Position numbers and translations under genes: made by a program
The notes under the pieces: generated by a model
The model's input: only the letters and a program-made list of their open reading frames with translations
The model's database searches: none
Told to the model about the DNA's origin: nothing
Assembly: GCA_964653685.1 (NCBI GenBank)
Contig: CAZZHA010000001.1
Coordinates: 5,794 to 69,793 of the forward strand
DNA from: an uncultured Gammaproteobacteria bacterium
Lineage (GTDB): Bacteria; Patescibacteriota; Microgenomatia; PFEM01; JAHIFH01
DNA length: 64,000 nucleotides
Reading direction: 5' to 3'
Shown here: positions 1-9,423 of the stretch, piece after piece
How positions within the stretch are numbered: the first letter of the stretch is position 1
Layout of the letters: each line of letters starts with the position of its first letter

Positions 1-979
1 GAATTTCGATAATTTTTCTAGCCAACGACAAACCTAGCCCAAAACCAAAAGCCTTACTTTTTGAACGGGATTGGTCCACTCGGTAAAACCGGTCAAAAAT
101 ATGAGGCAGGTCTTCTTTGGCAATCCCCAACCCCGTATCTTTTATTTTGATCAATAAGGATTTTTTATTTACCTTCGTTTCTATGGTTATCTTACCGTTT
201 TTAGGAGTATATTTAATGGCATTATCTAAAAAAATTAACATCATTTCTTCGAAACTTTCTTCATTGGCCCAAATTGTTTGTTTTCTGACATTCACTTCTA
301 TTTTGATCTTTTTCTTTTTAGCTAAGGGCAAAACCTTTCGACAGACTTTTTTAATCAGTTTAGTTGCATCGACCTTCTTGAAGCTAAGATTTTGACCATT
401 ATTTTGGTAATGAGCCAAACTCAAGAGGTTATTAGACAAAGATTGAAGGCCATCAATATCCTCCAAATTACTTTTTATCACCTTTTTGCTTTCCTTAAGA
501 GATAGCTTCTTATCCCTTAAAGCTACTTCCATTGAGGTTTTTAAAGCGGTTAAGGGAGTTAAAAGCTCATGGGAAGCATCAGCCACAAATCTTTTTTGTT
601 CTTCCATGGCCTTTTCGATCGGTCGAAGGGTTTTTCCGGCTAAAAAATAACCTGCCAAAGCAGAAACAACTAAAACCCCGCTATTTATCATTAATAGGTT
701 AAGTAATAATCTTTTTCTAGCTGCTTCTAGATCTTCAACAAGAAAAAAACGGGGAGCTATCTCTTTTAAGCGTAATGGTAAATCTTCTGGTTGTTCTGGA
801 AAAGTTTGAGGTAAAGGAACGTCAAACTCCTCGGCTCTAAACCTTAACTCTGCTCGACGAAAACCTCTTTCTAATTCCCCCACCATACCTCTATAAATCG
901 CAATACTGAAAGAAAGGCTAATGAACATAATGATAAAAAGATACCAGCCAGTTAATTTTAGTCTTGCTGATTTAAACAT
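1..979 (-). CDS. sensor histidine kinase (3' end runs off window start)
   Basis: Own minus-strand translation; not in ORF track because no stop lies within the window. N-terminal TM segments, H-box SHELLTPL, N-box DNAIKYT, G-box GLGLSLARK. ATG at 979-977 overlaps the stop of the upstream response regulator by 8 nt. Confidence 0.75.
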   Translation of the reverse strand, partial: MFKSARLKLTGWYLFIIMFISLSFSIAIYRGMVGELERGFRRAELRFRAEEFDVPLPQTFPEQPEDLPLRLKEIAPRFFLVEDLEAARKRLLLNLLMINSGVLVVSALAGYFLAGKTLRPIEKAMEEQKRFVADASHELLTPLTALKTSMEVALRDKKLSLKESKKVIKSNLEDIDGLQSLSNNLLSLAHYQNNGQNLSFKKVDATKLIKKVCRKVLPLAKKKKIKIEVNVRKQTIWANEESFEEMMLIFLDNAIKYTPKNGKITIETKVNKKSLLIKIKDTGLGIAKEDLPHIFDRFYRVDQSRSKSKAFGFGLGLSLARKIIEI

Positions 980-1661
980 GGCTTTTTTCTCCAATTTTAT
1001 AGCCAAAACCTCTGATAGTCTGAATTAGAGGAGCTTTATTTTTAAAAGGTTTATCAATCTTATTTCTTAAATAACCAATATAAACTTCAACTGTATTAGG
1101 TAAGATATCGGCGTCATAGTCCCAAACATGATTAATAATTTGTTCCTTAGTAAGGATTTCATTTTTGTGTCTTAAAAGATATTCCAAAAGAGCAAATTCT
1201 TTTCTCGACAACTTAGTCTTTTTCGTTCCCCGTTTGACTTCGTAAGTTAAGATATTAAGAGTCAGATCATTACAAGTCAGAATGTTATCTAAGGCTTGTT
1301 TTGGTCTCCGGCTTAAGGCTTTAAGCCGAGCCAAAAGCTCGGCAAAAGCGAACGGCTTAACTAAATAATCATCGGCCCCAGCGTTTAAGCCTTTAACTTT
1401 ATCTTCTAGTTGGCCTTTGGCGGTTAACATTAAAATGGGAGTATGAATCTTCTCTTCTTTCCGTAACTTCTGACAGAGCTCCAAACCGTCCATTTCAGGC
1501 AACATTAAGTCTAAAATAATAACATCATATTCTTCGGTGGCGGCTAAATCAAAACCCTGTTTGCCATCATAAGCAATGTCAACCGCATAAGATTCCTGCT
1601 CTAAGCCTTTTTTAATAGAATTAGCTATTTTATGTTCATCTTCAATAACAAGAATTCTCAT
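972..1661 (-). CDS. OmpR/PhoB-family response regulator (receiver + winged-helix)
   Basis: Receiver motifs: conserved Asp in ILDLMLPEMDG and K in LTAKG. C-terminal winged-helix trans_reg_C-like region (RGFGYKI). Confidence 0.85.
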   Translation of the reverse strand: MRILVIEDEHKIANSIKKGLEQESYAVDIAYDGKQGFDLAATEEYDVIILDLMLPEMDGLELCQKLRKEEKIHTPILMLTAKGQLEDKVKGLNAGADDYLVKPFAFAELLARLKALSRRPKQALDNILTCNDLTLNILTYEVKRGTKKTKLSRKEFALLEYLLRHKNEILTKEQIINHVWDYDADILPNTVEVYIGYLRNKIDKPFKNKAPLIQTIRGFGYKIGEKSHV

Positions 1662-1843
1662 TTTAATAAGAAGATATTAAACTTCACCTCCCAGCTTTTA
1701 TAATGCCGTATATTATACATCGAAACTGAAAAATAGCTGAGAGAATTAAAAATTTTAACTCTTGACTTTTTGGGAAAAAGATTTTACTGTTAATTTAATA
1801 TTCAATCTGCCCCCTAAAAGTTTAAGCCGATAAACTAAATAAG

Positions 1844-2734
1844 ATGCCAAGGTCAAGAGAAATTCCTCTATCTGAATCTTTAAAAACCCCTAAATCTGAA
1901 TTTGTTGCCAAACTAGAGAATCGTTGGCAACAAGGAAATTTTGTTTGCGTTGGTCTTGATTCAGACATCTCTAAAATTCCCCGTTATGGAGTTAACGGAT
2001 TAACCACTGCCTCTCCTGAAGATATAATAGCTGCATTTAATAGACAAATTGTTGAGGCAACTTATGATTTAGTTTGTGCTTACAAACCTAATAGTGCTTT
2101 TTATGAAGCTCAAGGTGTACCAGGACTAAAGGCTTTAGCCAGTACCGTAAAATTTATTAAACAACATTATCCAGACATTCCTGTTATCCTTGATGCCAAA
2201 AGAGCTGATATTGGTAACACCAACCTTGGTTATGTCCGAGCCGCTTTTGATGAATTAGGGGTAGACGCGATTACTGTTCATCCCTATCTTGGTAAAGAAG
2301 CCTTAAAACCATTCTTAGATCGTCAAGATAAAGGCATTATCGTTTTAGCCAGAACTTCTAATGCTGGTGCCGGAGAATTTCAAGACCTTCCGGTTGGCGA
2401 AAATCAAGAACCACTCTATCAAGTGGTGGCAAGAAATGTAGCTGAATCCTGGAATGAAAATGGTAATTGTGCCATCGTTGCTGGTGCTACTTATCCTCAA
2501 GAACTAGCTGGAATTAGAGCTGTTGTTGGCGATATGCCGATTCTTATTCCTGGTATTGGTGCTCAAAGCGGTGATGTTGAGGCCAGCGTCAAAGCAGGTA
2601 AAGATAGTCGCAATTGGGGAATGATTATCAATTCTTCACGAGGGATTATCTTTGCTTCAAGCGGAGCAGATTTTGCTTTGGCAGCGAGAAGAGAGACCGA
2701 AAAATTAAGAGAAGCAATTAATCTATATAGATAG
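1844..2734 (+). CDS. pyrF: orotidine 5'-phosphate decarboxylase (type 2 long form)
   Basis: VGLDS and DAKRADIGNT motifs; length about 296 aa typical of type-2 OMPdecase; followed by pyrE. Confidence 0.75.
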   Translation: MPRSREIPLSESLKTPKSEFVAKLENRWQQGNFVCVGLDSDISKIPRYGVNGLTTASPEDIIAAFNRQIVEATYDLVCAYKPNSAFYEAQGVPGLKALASTVKFIKQHYPDIPVILDAKRADIGNTNLGYVRAAFDELGVDAITVHPYLGKEALKPFLDRQDKGIIVLARTSNAGAGEFQDLPVGENQEPLYQVVARNVAESWNENGNCAIVAGATYPQELAGIRAVVGDMPILIPGIGAQSGDVEASVKAGKDSRNWGMIINSSRGIIFASSGADFALAARRETEKLREAINLYR

Positions 2735-2737
2735 ATA

Positions 2738-3424
2738 ATGACTGGCGAAAAAACCGGAAATCAACCCTTAAATCCAGAAAGCTTAACAGCAGAATCACAG
2801 TTATGTCTTCAATTATTTTATATTGGCGCAATTAAATTCGGCGATTTCAGATTAAAATTACATGATAAACACCCAGAAGCACCCCCATCGCCCGTTTACA
2901 TTGACCTCAGACTTCTTCGAAGAGAACCTGAAGCTAAAGCTGCGGCAGTTGATGTTTATCTAGAGCTACTCAAACCACTAGAATTTGACTTGTTAGCTGA
3001 CGTTCCTACAGCGGCAACACCACTAGTTTCTTCCCTTTCAGATAAACTAGGTATTGGGATGATTACGCCTCGAACTGATGTAAAAAATCACGGCACTGGT
3101 GTAAAGATAGACGGAATGAGGGCTCTTGATCAGGGTAAGACCGTAGTTTTAGTCGACGATCTAGTAACTCGAGCAGATTCTAAATTAGAAGCAGCCAGGA
3201 TTCTTAGAGACGAAGGGTTTAGAGTAAGAGATGTGGTTGTCTTAGTTGATAGAAAACAAGGAGGCGAAGAACAACTCGCTGCTGAAGAAATTAAACTTCA
3301 TGCTGCTTTAACAATGGATAAAATGTTGGCTTTCTATAATGGAATGGGAATGATTACTAATCCCGAATATGCAAGAATAAATCAAGGACTAATAAATTTG
3401 AATAATTTCCTAGCAAGCCTATAA
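2738..3424 (+). CDS. pyrE: orotate phosphoribosyltransferase-like type I PRTase
   Basis: PRPP-binding motif VVLVDDLVTRADS; adjacent to pyrF. Confidence 0.6.
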   Translation: MTGEKTGNQPLNPESLTAESQLCLQLFYIGAIKFGDFRLKLHDKHPEAPPSPVYIDLRLLRREPEAKAAAVDVYLELLKPLEFDLLADVPTAATPLVSSLSDKLGIGMITPRTDVKNHGTGVKIDGMRALDQGKTVVLVDDLVTRADSKLEAARILRDEGFRVRDVVVLVDRKQGGEEQLAAEEIKLHAALTMDKMLAFYNGMGMITNPEYARINQGLINLNNFLASL

Positions 3425-3452
3425 TCCCCTCTCTATAAAACTTTTTGAAAAA

Positions 3453-4673
3453 TTACTGTAAAGTAATGGCGTTTTCTTTACAAATTTTGGCGTAAGTATA
3501 AGCACTCTTTCTTATTTTTCTTTTTTGGGTTTTATAATTAACTTCAATTAAACCAAATCTGGGTTTAAAACCAAAAGACCACTCAAAATTATCTATTAAA
3601 GACCAATAAAGGTAACCGCGGACATTCACGCCCTCTTGGATTGCCTGGTGAACCCATTGAAGATGATTGATAATAAATTTTTCTCTGTATTTATCTTTGG
3701 CATCGGCCACACCATTTTCAGTAATATAAATTGGAAGATGATATTTCTTCAAACTCATCAAAGCTTCATAAATCCCTTGAGGATAAAATTGCCAACCTAA
3801 ATCTGAACTTTCAAGAAGAATAGTTTCTTCAAGTTTTCTTTTATTGACTTTCGTTTTTAAATCCTGAAAGCGAAGCTGATGAAAAAGGTAATAGTTTAAA
3901 CCTAAAAAATCATGGGTTTTTCCGGTCAAACGATAAAAAGAATGATTTAGAAGGATTTTGATGAATGAAGGTACTAACCGGCTTAAAAAATGATTACCAT
4001 AGTAATGCAAAGCCGGCATATTAATCACGGCTCCCACCTGAGCATTAGGGAATTCATTTTTTATGGCTTGGTAAACTTCTTTGTGGGCCAAAGCAAGATT
4101 GCGGTAAACTCGAAGAGCTAGTAACTTATTTTTCTTTTGGGGCGGCCAAAATCCTTGCAAATAACCAGCGGCCACAATGGTTTTAGGTTCATTAATGGTA
4201 ATCCAGAAGTCAACCTTGTCTGCCAAAGCATTGACCGCAAAGAGACAAAAGCGCTTAAAATATTCAATGTTCTCTTTTTTTTCAAAGCCACCTTTCTTGG
4301 CAAACCATAAAGGTAAAGTAACATGATATAAAGAAACAAAAGTCTTCATCTTTTTCTCTTTAAGAGTTTGAAGAACGTTTTGGTAGTGTTTGACCGCCTG
4401 ATTATTCCATTTACCTTCTTCTGGTTCAATTCTTGACCATTCGAGGGAAAAGCGATGGGCATTGTGATTGAGTTCTTTGGCTAAGTTAAAATCTTCTTTG
4501 AAGCGATGATAGTGATCACAGGCAATCCCCGAGTCTTTAACTCCTTTTCTTTTTTCCCATTCCCACCAATCATTATGAAGATTATTACCTTCAACCTGAT
4601 GAGCAGCTGTCGCCGCTCCCCAAAGAAAATCTTTGGGAAAAACTAACTTTTGGGGTTGATTACTCTTTCTCAT
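3453..4673 (-). CDS. glycoside hydrolase family 1 beta-glucosidase
   Basis: GH1 signatures FLWGAATAAHQVEG, ITINEP (acid/base Glu) and YITENG (nucleophile Glu). Confidence 0.85.
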   Translation of the reverse strand: MRKSNQPQKLVFPKDFLWGAATAAHQVEGNNLHNDWWEWEKRKGVKDSGIACDHYHRFKEDFNLAKELNHNAHRFSLEWSRIEPEEGKWNNQAVKHYQNVLQTLKEKKMKTFVSLYHVTLPLWFAKKGGFEKKENIEYFKRFCLFAVNALADKVDFWITINEPKTIVAAGYLQGFWPPQKKNKLLALRVYRNLALAHKEVYQAIKNEFPNAQVGAVINMPALHYYGNHFLSRLVPSFIKILLNHSFYRLTGKTHDFLGLNYYLFHQLRFQDLKTKVNKRKLEETILLESSDLGWQFYPQGIYEALMSLKKYHLPIYITENGVADAKDKYREKFIINHLQWVHQAIQEGVNVRGYLYWSLIDNFEWSFGFKPRFGLIEVNYKTQKRKIRKSAYTYAKICKENAITLQ

Positions 4674-5971
4674 ATCTTTTTTAATCTCTTAAACGTCTTT
4701 TCTCTTCCTAAAACCTCTATCGTTTCAAAGAGAGGCGGAGTAGCGGTTTTACCAGTAAGGGCAATTCTGGTTGCCATAAAATATTTGCCAGTATGCCAAT
4801 TATTCTTCTCTGCCAAATCTCTGAATAATTTTTCTAATCTCTTTGCCTCCCAAACCCTATTTTTTTCTAACTCCATGATTGATTTTTCGAACTGTTCTTT
4901 GAGTAATTTTTCTCCCTGACTTTTTTTAATGAGTAATTTTTTATCAACCTTTGGTTCTCTAATAAAAAAGTCAACTAAATCAGGATAATCAGAAAGTTTA
5001 ATCAATCTGTCTTTAATTAAAGGAATGGTTTGTTTAATTAAACTATCTGCCATTCCTTTAGGTATGTATGGTTTAATTAATTGAAGTAGTTCTTTATCTG
5101 TCTTTTCCCTAAGATAAACACCATTTAACCAATCTAATTTTCTTAAATCAAAAACAGGAGCCGAAGTTGAAATCCTTTTAAAAGAAAAATATTTAATAAA
5201 TTCATCTAAACTAAAAACCGTTTTGTCTTGGGGGTGTGACCAACCCATTAAACCAAAAAAGTTAACCATCGCTTCGGGTAAATAACCTTGTTCCTGATAC
5301 CAAGAAAGAGCGACCAGGTTTTTTCTTTTTGAAATTTTTGATTGGTCAGGATTTCTTAAAAGAGGCAAATGAGCAAATTCTGGTACCTTAGCCCCTAAGG
5401 CTTGATAAAGCATTATTTGCCGGGGAGTGTTAGAAATGTGGTCTTCACCTCGAATCACCTGGGAAATTTTCATTAACCAGTCATCGATGACCACAGCAAA
5501 ATTATAAACAGGATAGCCATTTGACCTTAAGATAACAAAATCTTCAATCTGTTGATTATCAAACTCTATTCTTCCACGAATAAGATCTTGCCAAGAAGTT
5601 TTTCCTTTTAAAACCTTAAATCGAATTGCCCCTTCATCTTGGTAAGCAAGTTTTTTTTCTAGCAATTCTTGAGCATATTTCTGATAAAGACTTATTCTTT
5701 CTGATTGACGATAAGGCCCAAACTTGCCCCTAACGTCCGGACCCTCATCGTAATTTAAACCTAGCCAGTGCAAGCCATCAAAAATTGCTTTTTCCGCTTT
5801 AGGTACATGGCGTTTTATGTCTGTATCTTCGATTCGAAGAATGAATTTGCCTTTGTTTTTTTTGGCAAAAGCATAATTAAAAAGAGAAATGTAGGCGGTA
5901 CCAACATGGGCAAAGCCGGTTGGCGAAGGCGAAATTCTGACTCGGATGCTCATTTGCCTTGATTTTAGCAT
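4670..5971 (-). CDS. gltX: glutamate--tRNA ligase (short form; true start may be M7 at 5953)
   Basis: Class I aaRS: RISPSPTGFAHVGTA (HIGH-type) and KISKRK (KMSKS-type) motifs; 433 aa. Confidence 0.7.
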   Translation of the reverse strand: MLKSRQMSIRVRISPSPTGFAHVGTAYISLFNYAFAKKNKGKFILRIEDTDIKRHVPKAEKAIFDGLHWLGLNYDEGPDVRGKFGPYRQSERISLYQKYAQELLEKKLAYQDEGAIRFKVLKGKTSWQDLIRGRIEFDNQQIEDFVILRSNGYPVYNFAVVIDDWLMKISQVIRGEDHISNTPRQIMLYQALGAKVPEFAHLPLLRNPDQSKISKRKNLVALSWYQEQGYLPEAMVNFFGLMGWSHPQDKTVFSLDEFIKYFSFKRISTSAPVFDLRKLDWLNGVYLREKTDKELLQLIKPYIPKGMADSLIKQTIPLIKDRLIKLSDYPDLVDFFIREPKVDKKLLIKKSQGEKLLKEQFEKSIMELEKNRVWEAKRLEKLFRDLAEKNNWHTGKYFMATRIALTGKTATPPLFETIEVLGREKTFKRLKKI

Positions 5972-6004
5972 AGCGTCACTTTATACTCAAAATAGATTTT
6001 CCAG

Positions 6005-7057
6005 ATGGCAACTCTAACTCAAACTGCCCAAACGACCCGGAAAGCGCTTAAATACGGCGTCATTGCCCTAGTCGTTATCTTTGTTCTGAAAATTGCCTGG
6101 GGAGTTGGGACTGATATCTGGAAAAAAATTCACCCACCCCCGCCACCACCACCAACTATGGCTTTTGGTCCTTTACCAAAATTAAAATTTCCAGAAAAAC
6201 AAACGCCTGAATTATCTTATCGCTTAGAAACTATCCAGGGAGCTCTGCCCCAATTTGACAATATTGATCGAGTTTACCTTTCACCTCAAAAACCGCCTAA
6301 TCTCTTGGCCTTGGATAGAGCCAAACAAAAAGTTCGTAAGATGGGCTTCACCGGCCAACCGGAAAAAGTTAATGAAAATACTTATCGCTGGACAACCGAG
6401 ATAACCCCAGCCACTACTTTAGAAATGAATATCAATACTGGTAATTTTCATCTTCGTTATCAATTTGAAAATGATCAAGAACTTTTAGTTCAAAAAAACC
6501 TGCCGACTAATGAACAAGCCGCCCAGGAAGCCAAAAGTTTCCTTCAAAACAATGGCCTGCTGACCGAAGATTTAGCCACTGGTAGTGCTGAGTTTGATTA
6601 TCTAAAATATATTTCCCCTAATTTGATTCCCGCCATTTCTCTTTCCGAGGCTGATTTTGTCCGGGTTAATTTCTTTAGAGCTGACCTTAATGACCTGAGA
6701 ATTTATCCACCTAACCCTAAAGAAGCCCTGGTTTCCTTTCTCTTTTCTGGCAGTCGACTCATGGGTAAACGGATTATCGAAATTAAATATACTTACCAAC
6801 CAATTGATCGCAATACCTCGGCAACTTATCCTCTTAAACCAATTAATAATGCCTGGCAAGAACTCCAATCAAAGCAAGGTTATATCGCCAATCTAGGTCA
6901 AAATGACGACAAACAGATTACCATCAGGAAAATTTACTTAGCCTATTATGATTCTGAAGAACCCCAAACTTTTATCCAGCCAATTTACATTTTCGAGGGT
7001 GACCATAATTTCTTTGCCTATGTTCCAGCCATTGACCCTACTTGGACGGAGAAATAG
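6005..7057 (+). CDS. hypothetical membrane-anchored protein with poly-Pro linker
   Basis: N-terminal TM helix, PPPPPPP linker, roughly 290-aa extracytoplasmic domain; no recognised family. Confidence 0.4.
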   Translation: MATLTQTAQTTRKALKYGVIALVVIFVLKIAWGVGTDIWKKIHPPPPPPPTMAFGPLPKLKFPEKQTPELSYRLETIQGALPQFDNIDRVYLSPQKPPNLLALDRAKQKVRKMGFTGQPEKVNENTYRWTTEITPATTLEMNINTGNFHLRYQFENDQELLVQKNLPTNEQAAQEAKSFLQNNGLLTEDLATGSAEFDYLKYISPNLIPAISLSEADFVRVNFFRADLNDLRIYPPNPKEALVSFLFSGSRLMGKRIIEIKYTYQPIDRNTSATYPLKPINNAWQELQSKQGYIANLGQNDDKQITIRKIYLAYYDSEEPQTFIQPIYIFEGDHNFFAYVPAIDPTWTEK

Positions 7058-8024
7058 TTGGGGTAATATTCTCCCAACGATGATTGCTAAAAGCCCAATC
7101 AACTAATCTAGCGGTTTCGCCAAAACGATCTTGACTACCTAAAACAACCGTAATTATTCCCCGACCATCTCGTTCAACATACCCTACTAAACATTCACCC
7201 GCTTCCTCAGTCCAACCAGTCTTCACCCCTTTCATCCCTGGTAGCCAAGAAAGTAATTCATTAATATTGTAAAGAACATGTTCAAATTGACCGGTCGTAT
7301 CAGTAACCACGATTTTGGGAGTGGCCACTATTTCACCCAAAAGTGGCTCTCTAATCACCAAGCTCGCTAATCTGGCTAAATCTAAAGCGGTTGAATAGGA
7401 ATAACCAATTATAAAATTACCTTCCTCATCAATATCCAAGCCCGTAGGGTTAACAAAATAAGTGTCGTTTAGGTTTAATTCCTTAGCTTTCTCATTCATC
7501 GCTTTAACAAACCCTTTTTCTCCACCTGGGTAGTTTTGGGCTAACAAAGTGGCCGCGTCATTGGCTGAAGCGACTAAGACACCATATAACAAATTCTTAA
7601 CCGTCATCACTTCTCCTTCTTTTAATCTCATGTCTTGACCTTGATTATTGATGCCAATAACTGTCAAAGTACTTTCCAAATCATAGTAGTCAAGGGTTAC
7701 TAAAGCCGTCATCAATTTCACGACCGAAGCCGGTAAAAGTTGAACTCTTTCATCCTTGGCAAACATAACAACAGCTGAATCACGATCAACAACAATGACT
7801 GACTTAGCCGTCAGAGATGGTGCCGTTATTCCCGCAAAATTAACTGGATAATCAGCCACTTTAGGCAACTCTAATTCAATTGGCTGAATTTTAGGTGGTT
7901 GGTAGGTAGCTTGAACAATTGAATACCAATTGTTGCTGGGAAAAAGAAAAAAAACTAGCCCAAATAAAAAAAGAAAAGCTCTTTTTATCTTAATAGTAGT
8001 CAAATCGGAATTTTTTGGATTCAC
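7038..8024 (-). CDS. D-alanyl-D-alanine carboxypeptidase (peptidase S11, PBP5/6-like)
   Basis: SxxK (ASVVK), SxN (SANDAA), KTG (KTGWT) motifs; signal/TM N-terminus. Confidence 0.8.
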   Translation of the reverse strand: MNPKNSDLTTIKIKRAFLFLFGLVFFLFPSNNWYSIVQATYQPPKIQPIELELPKVADYPVNFAGITAPSLTAKSVIVVDRDSAVVMFAKDERVQLLPASVVKLMTALVTLDYYDLESTLTVIGINNQGQDMRLKEGEVMTVKNLLYGVLVASANDAATLLAQNYPGGEKGFVKAMNEKAKELNLNDTYFVNPTGLDIDEEGNFIIGYSYSTALDLARLASLVIREPLLGEIVATPKIVVTDTTGQFEHVLYNINELLSWLPGMKGVKTGWTEEAGECLVGYVERDGRGIITVVLGSQDRFGETARLVDWAFSNHRWENITPTISPSK

Positions 8025-9385
8025 TTTTTCATTACTTTGATTTTGAGTTCTTTTAATTGAACTTCATCAACTTCACTGGGAGCCTCCATTACTGATGTCT
8101 GACCACCAGCCGTCATCGGAAAAGCAATTAGTTCTCGGACTGAACGTTCTCCCAAAGCGGCCTGTAAAAATCTATCAATTCCTGGGGCAATACCACCATG
8201 GGGCGGAACTCCATATTCAAATGCCCTTAAGAGATGACCGAATTTTTTCTCTATCTCTTTTTCCGAAAGGCCTAGAATTTTAAAAATTTTTCGCTGGATT
8301 TTGGGGTCAGTAATCCTAAGACTCCCTCCACCCACTTCCAAGCCGTTACAAACTAAGTCATGCTGCCAAGAGCGTGCTTTCATTGGGTCTTTATCTAACA
8401 AAGGCAGATCTTCATCCTTAGGAGCAGTAAAAGGATGGTGAGAAGGACTTAATTCTCTTTCTTTTGTCTTTTCAAACAAAGGAAAATCAATTACCCAAGC
8501 AAAAGCAACTACCTTAGGATCTTTTTTCTTACGCAGATCAAATTTATCACTGCCAAATTTTTTCATTGCTTCGGCATGACTAAAACGAGGAAAAGGCTTT
8601 TTAAAAACTCTCTTTTTTAAAACCTTCTCCGTTATCTCGGTAAAAAGAGTTTCAGTAAGATTAAGAATCTCTTCCTGGGTTGTAAAAGACATCTCCAAAT
8701 CAAGCTGAGTAAACTCTCCATAAGCCCGATCAATCCGAGGATCTTCATCACGAAAACAGCGGGCAATTTGGTAATACTTTTCAAATCCAGCTACCATTAA
8801 TAATTGTTTGTATTGCTGAGGAGCCTGGGGTAAGGCGTAAAACTTACCCGGCTGAAGTCGCGAGGGAACAATAAAATCACGAGCGCCTTCTGGTGTCGCC
8901 TTGGAAAGAATTGGTGTTTCGATTTCAATAAAACCTTTTTCATCAAGCCAATTACGAATGAATCTGATTACCTGATGTCGAATTTCAAGATTTCTGACTA
9001 ATCGGGGTCGGCGTAGATCAAGATAGCGATACTTTAACCGAGTCTCTTCACCAATTTGATAACCATCACCTCGAATATCAAAAGGTAAATCTTCTGATTG
9101 GGCTAAAATCTTGACCTTTTCTACCTCGACTTCAACTTCACCACTGGGAATCTTGGGGTTAATTAAATCTTTAGGTCTTTTTTTAACTTTACCTTCTACT
9201 TCAACAACGTCCGAAATCCTTAATTTCCCTAGTTTTTCTTTACCAACAATCTGAACCAAACCAGTTCTATCTTTCAAGTCAATAAAAACCAATTTACCAT
9301 GGTCGCGCCGCCGATCAATCCAACCATTAAGTCTAACTTTTTTACCTATCTTTTTAAGTATCTCTTTAATGAGAGTTCTTTCCAT
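8021..9385 (-). CDS. aspS: aspartate--tRNA ligase, short form lacking GAD insertion
   Basis: Class II motifs: FRDEDPRIDRAYGEFTQLDLEMSF, GGGSLR, GIAPGIDRF. N-terminal OB fold. 454 aa. Confidence 0.75.
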   Translation of the reverse strand: MERTLIKEILKKIGKKVRLNGWIDRRRDHGKLVFIDLKDRTGLVQIVGKEKLGKLRISDVVEVEGKVKKRPKDLINPKIPSGEVEVEVEKVKILAQSEDLPFDIRGDGYQIGEETRLKYRYLDLRRPRLVRNLEIRHQVIRFIRNWLDEKGFIEIETPILSKATPEGARDFIVPSRLQPGKFYALPQAPQQYKQLLMVAGFEKYYQIARCFRDEDPRIDRAYGEFTQLDLEMSFTTQEEILNLTETLFTEITEKVLKKRVFKKPFPRFSHAEAMKKFGSDKFDLRKKKDPKVVAFAWVIDFPLFEKTKERELSPSHHPFTAPKDEDLPLLDKDPMKARSWQHDLVCNGLEVGGGSLRITDPKIQRKIFKILGLSEKEIEKKFGHLLRAFEYGVPPHGGIAPGIDRFLQAALGERSVRELIAFPMTAGGQTSVMEAPSEVDEVQLKELKIKVMKK

Positions 9386-9423
9386 ATTTTAGATTCTATC
9401 CTCTAAAAGGATTTTTTGCAATT

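Noticed and set aside
117-395. 92-aa plus-strand ORF at window start
   Set aside because: Lies antisense within the histidine kinase reading frame that I translated on the minus strand (H-box, N-box and G-box present); hydrophobic low-complexity translation; shadow ORF.
1662-1843. PyrR-type attenuator or riboswitch in the 182-nt pyrF leader
   Set aside because: No PyrR binding-loop consensus (ARUCCAGAGAGGCU-like) or anti-terminator/terminator pair recognisable by eye.
3425-3452. Possible bidirectional terminator between convergent pyrE and GH1 genes
   Set aside because: Only a 4-bp TTAC/GTAA palindrome with no convincing stem or U-run; too weak to call.
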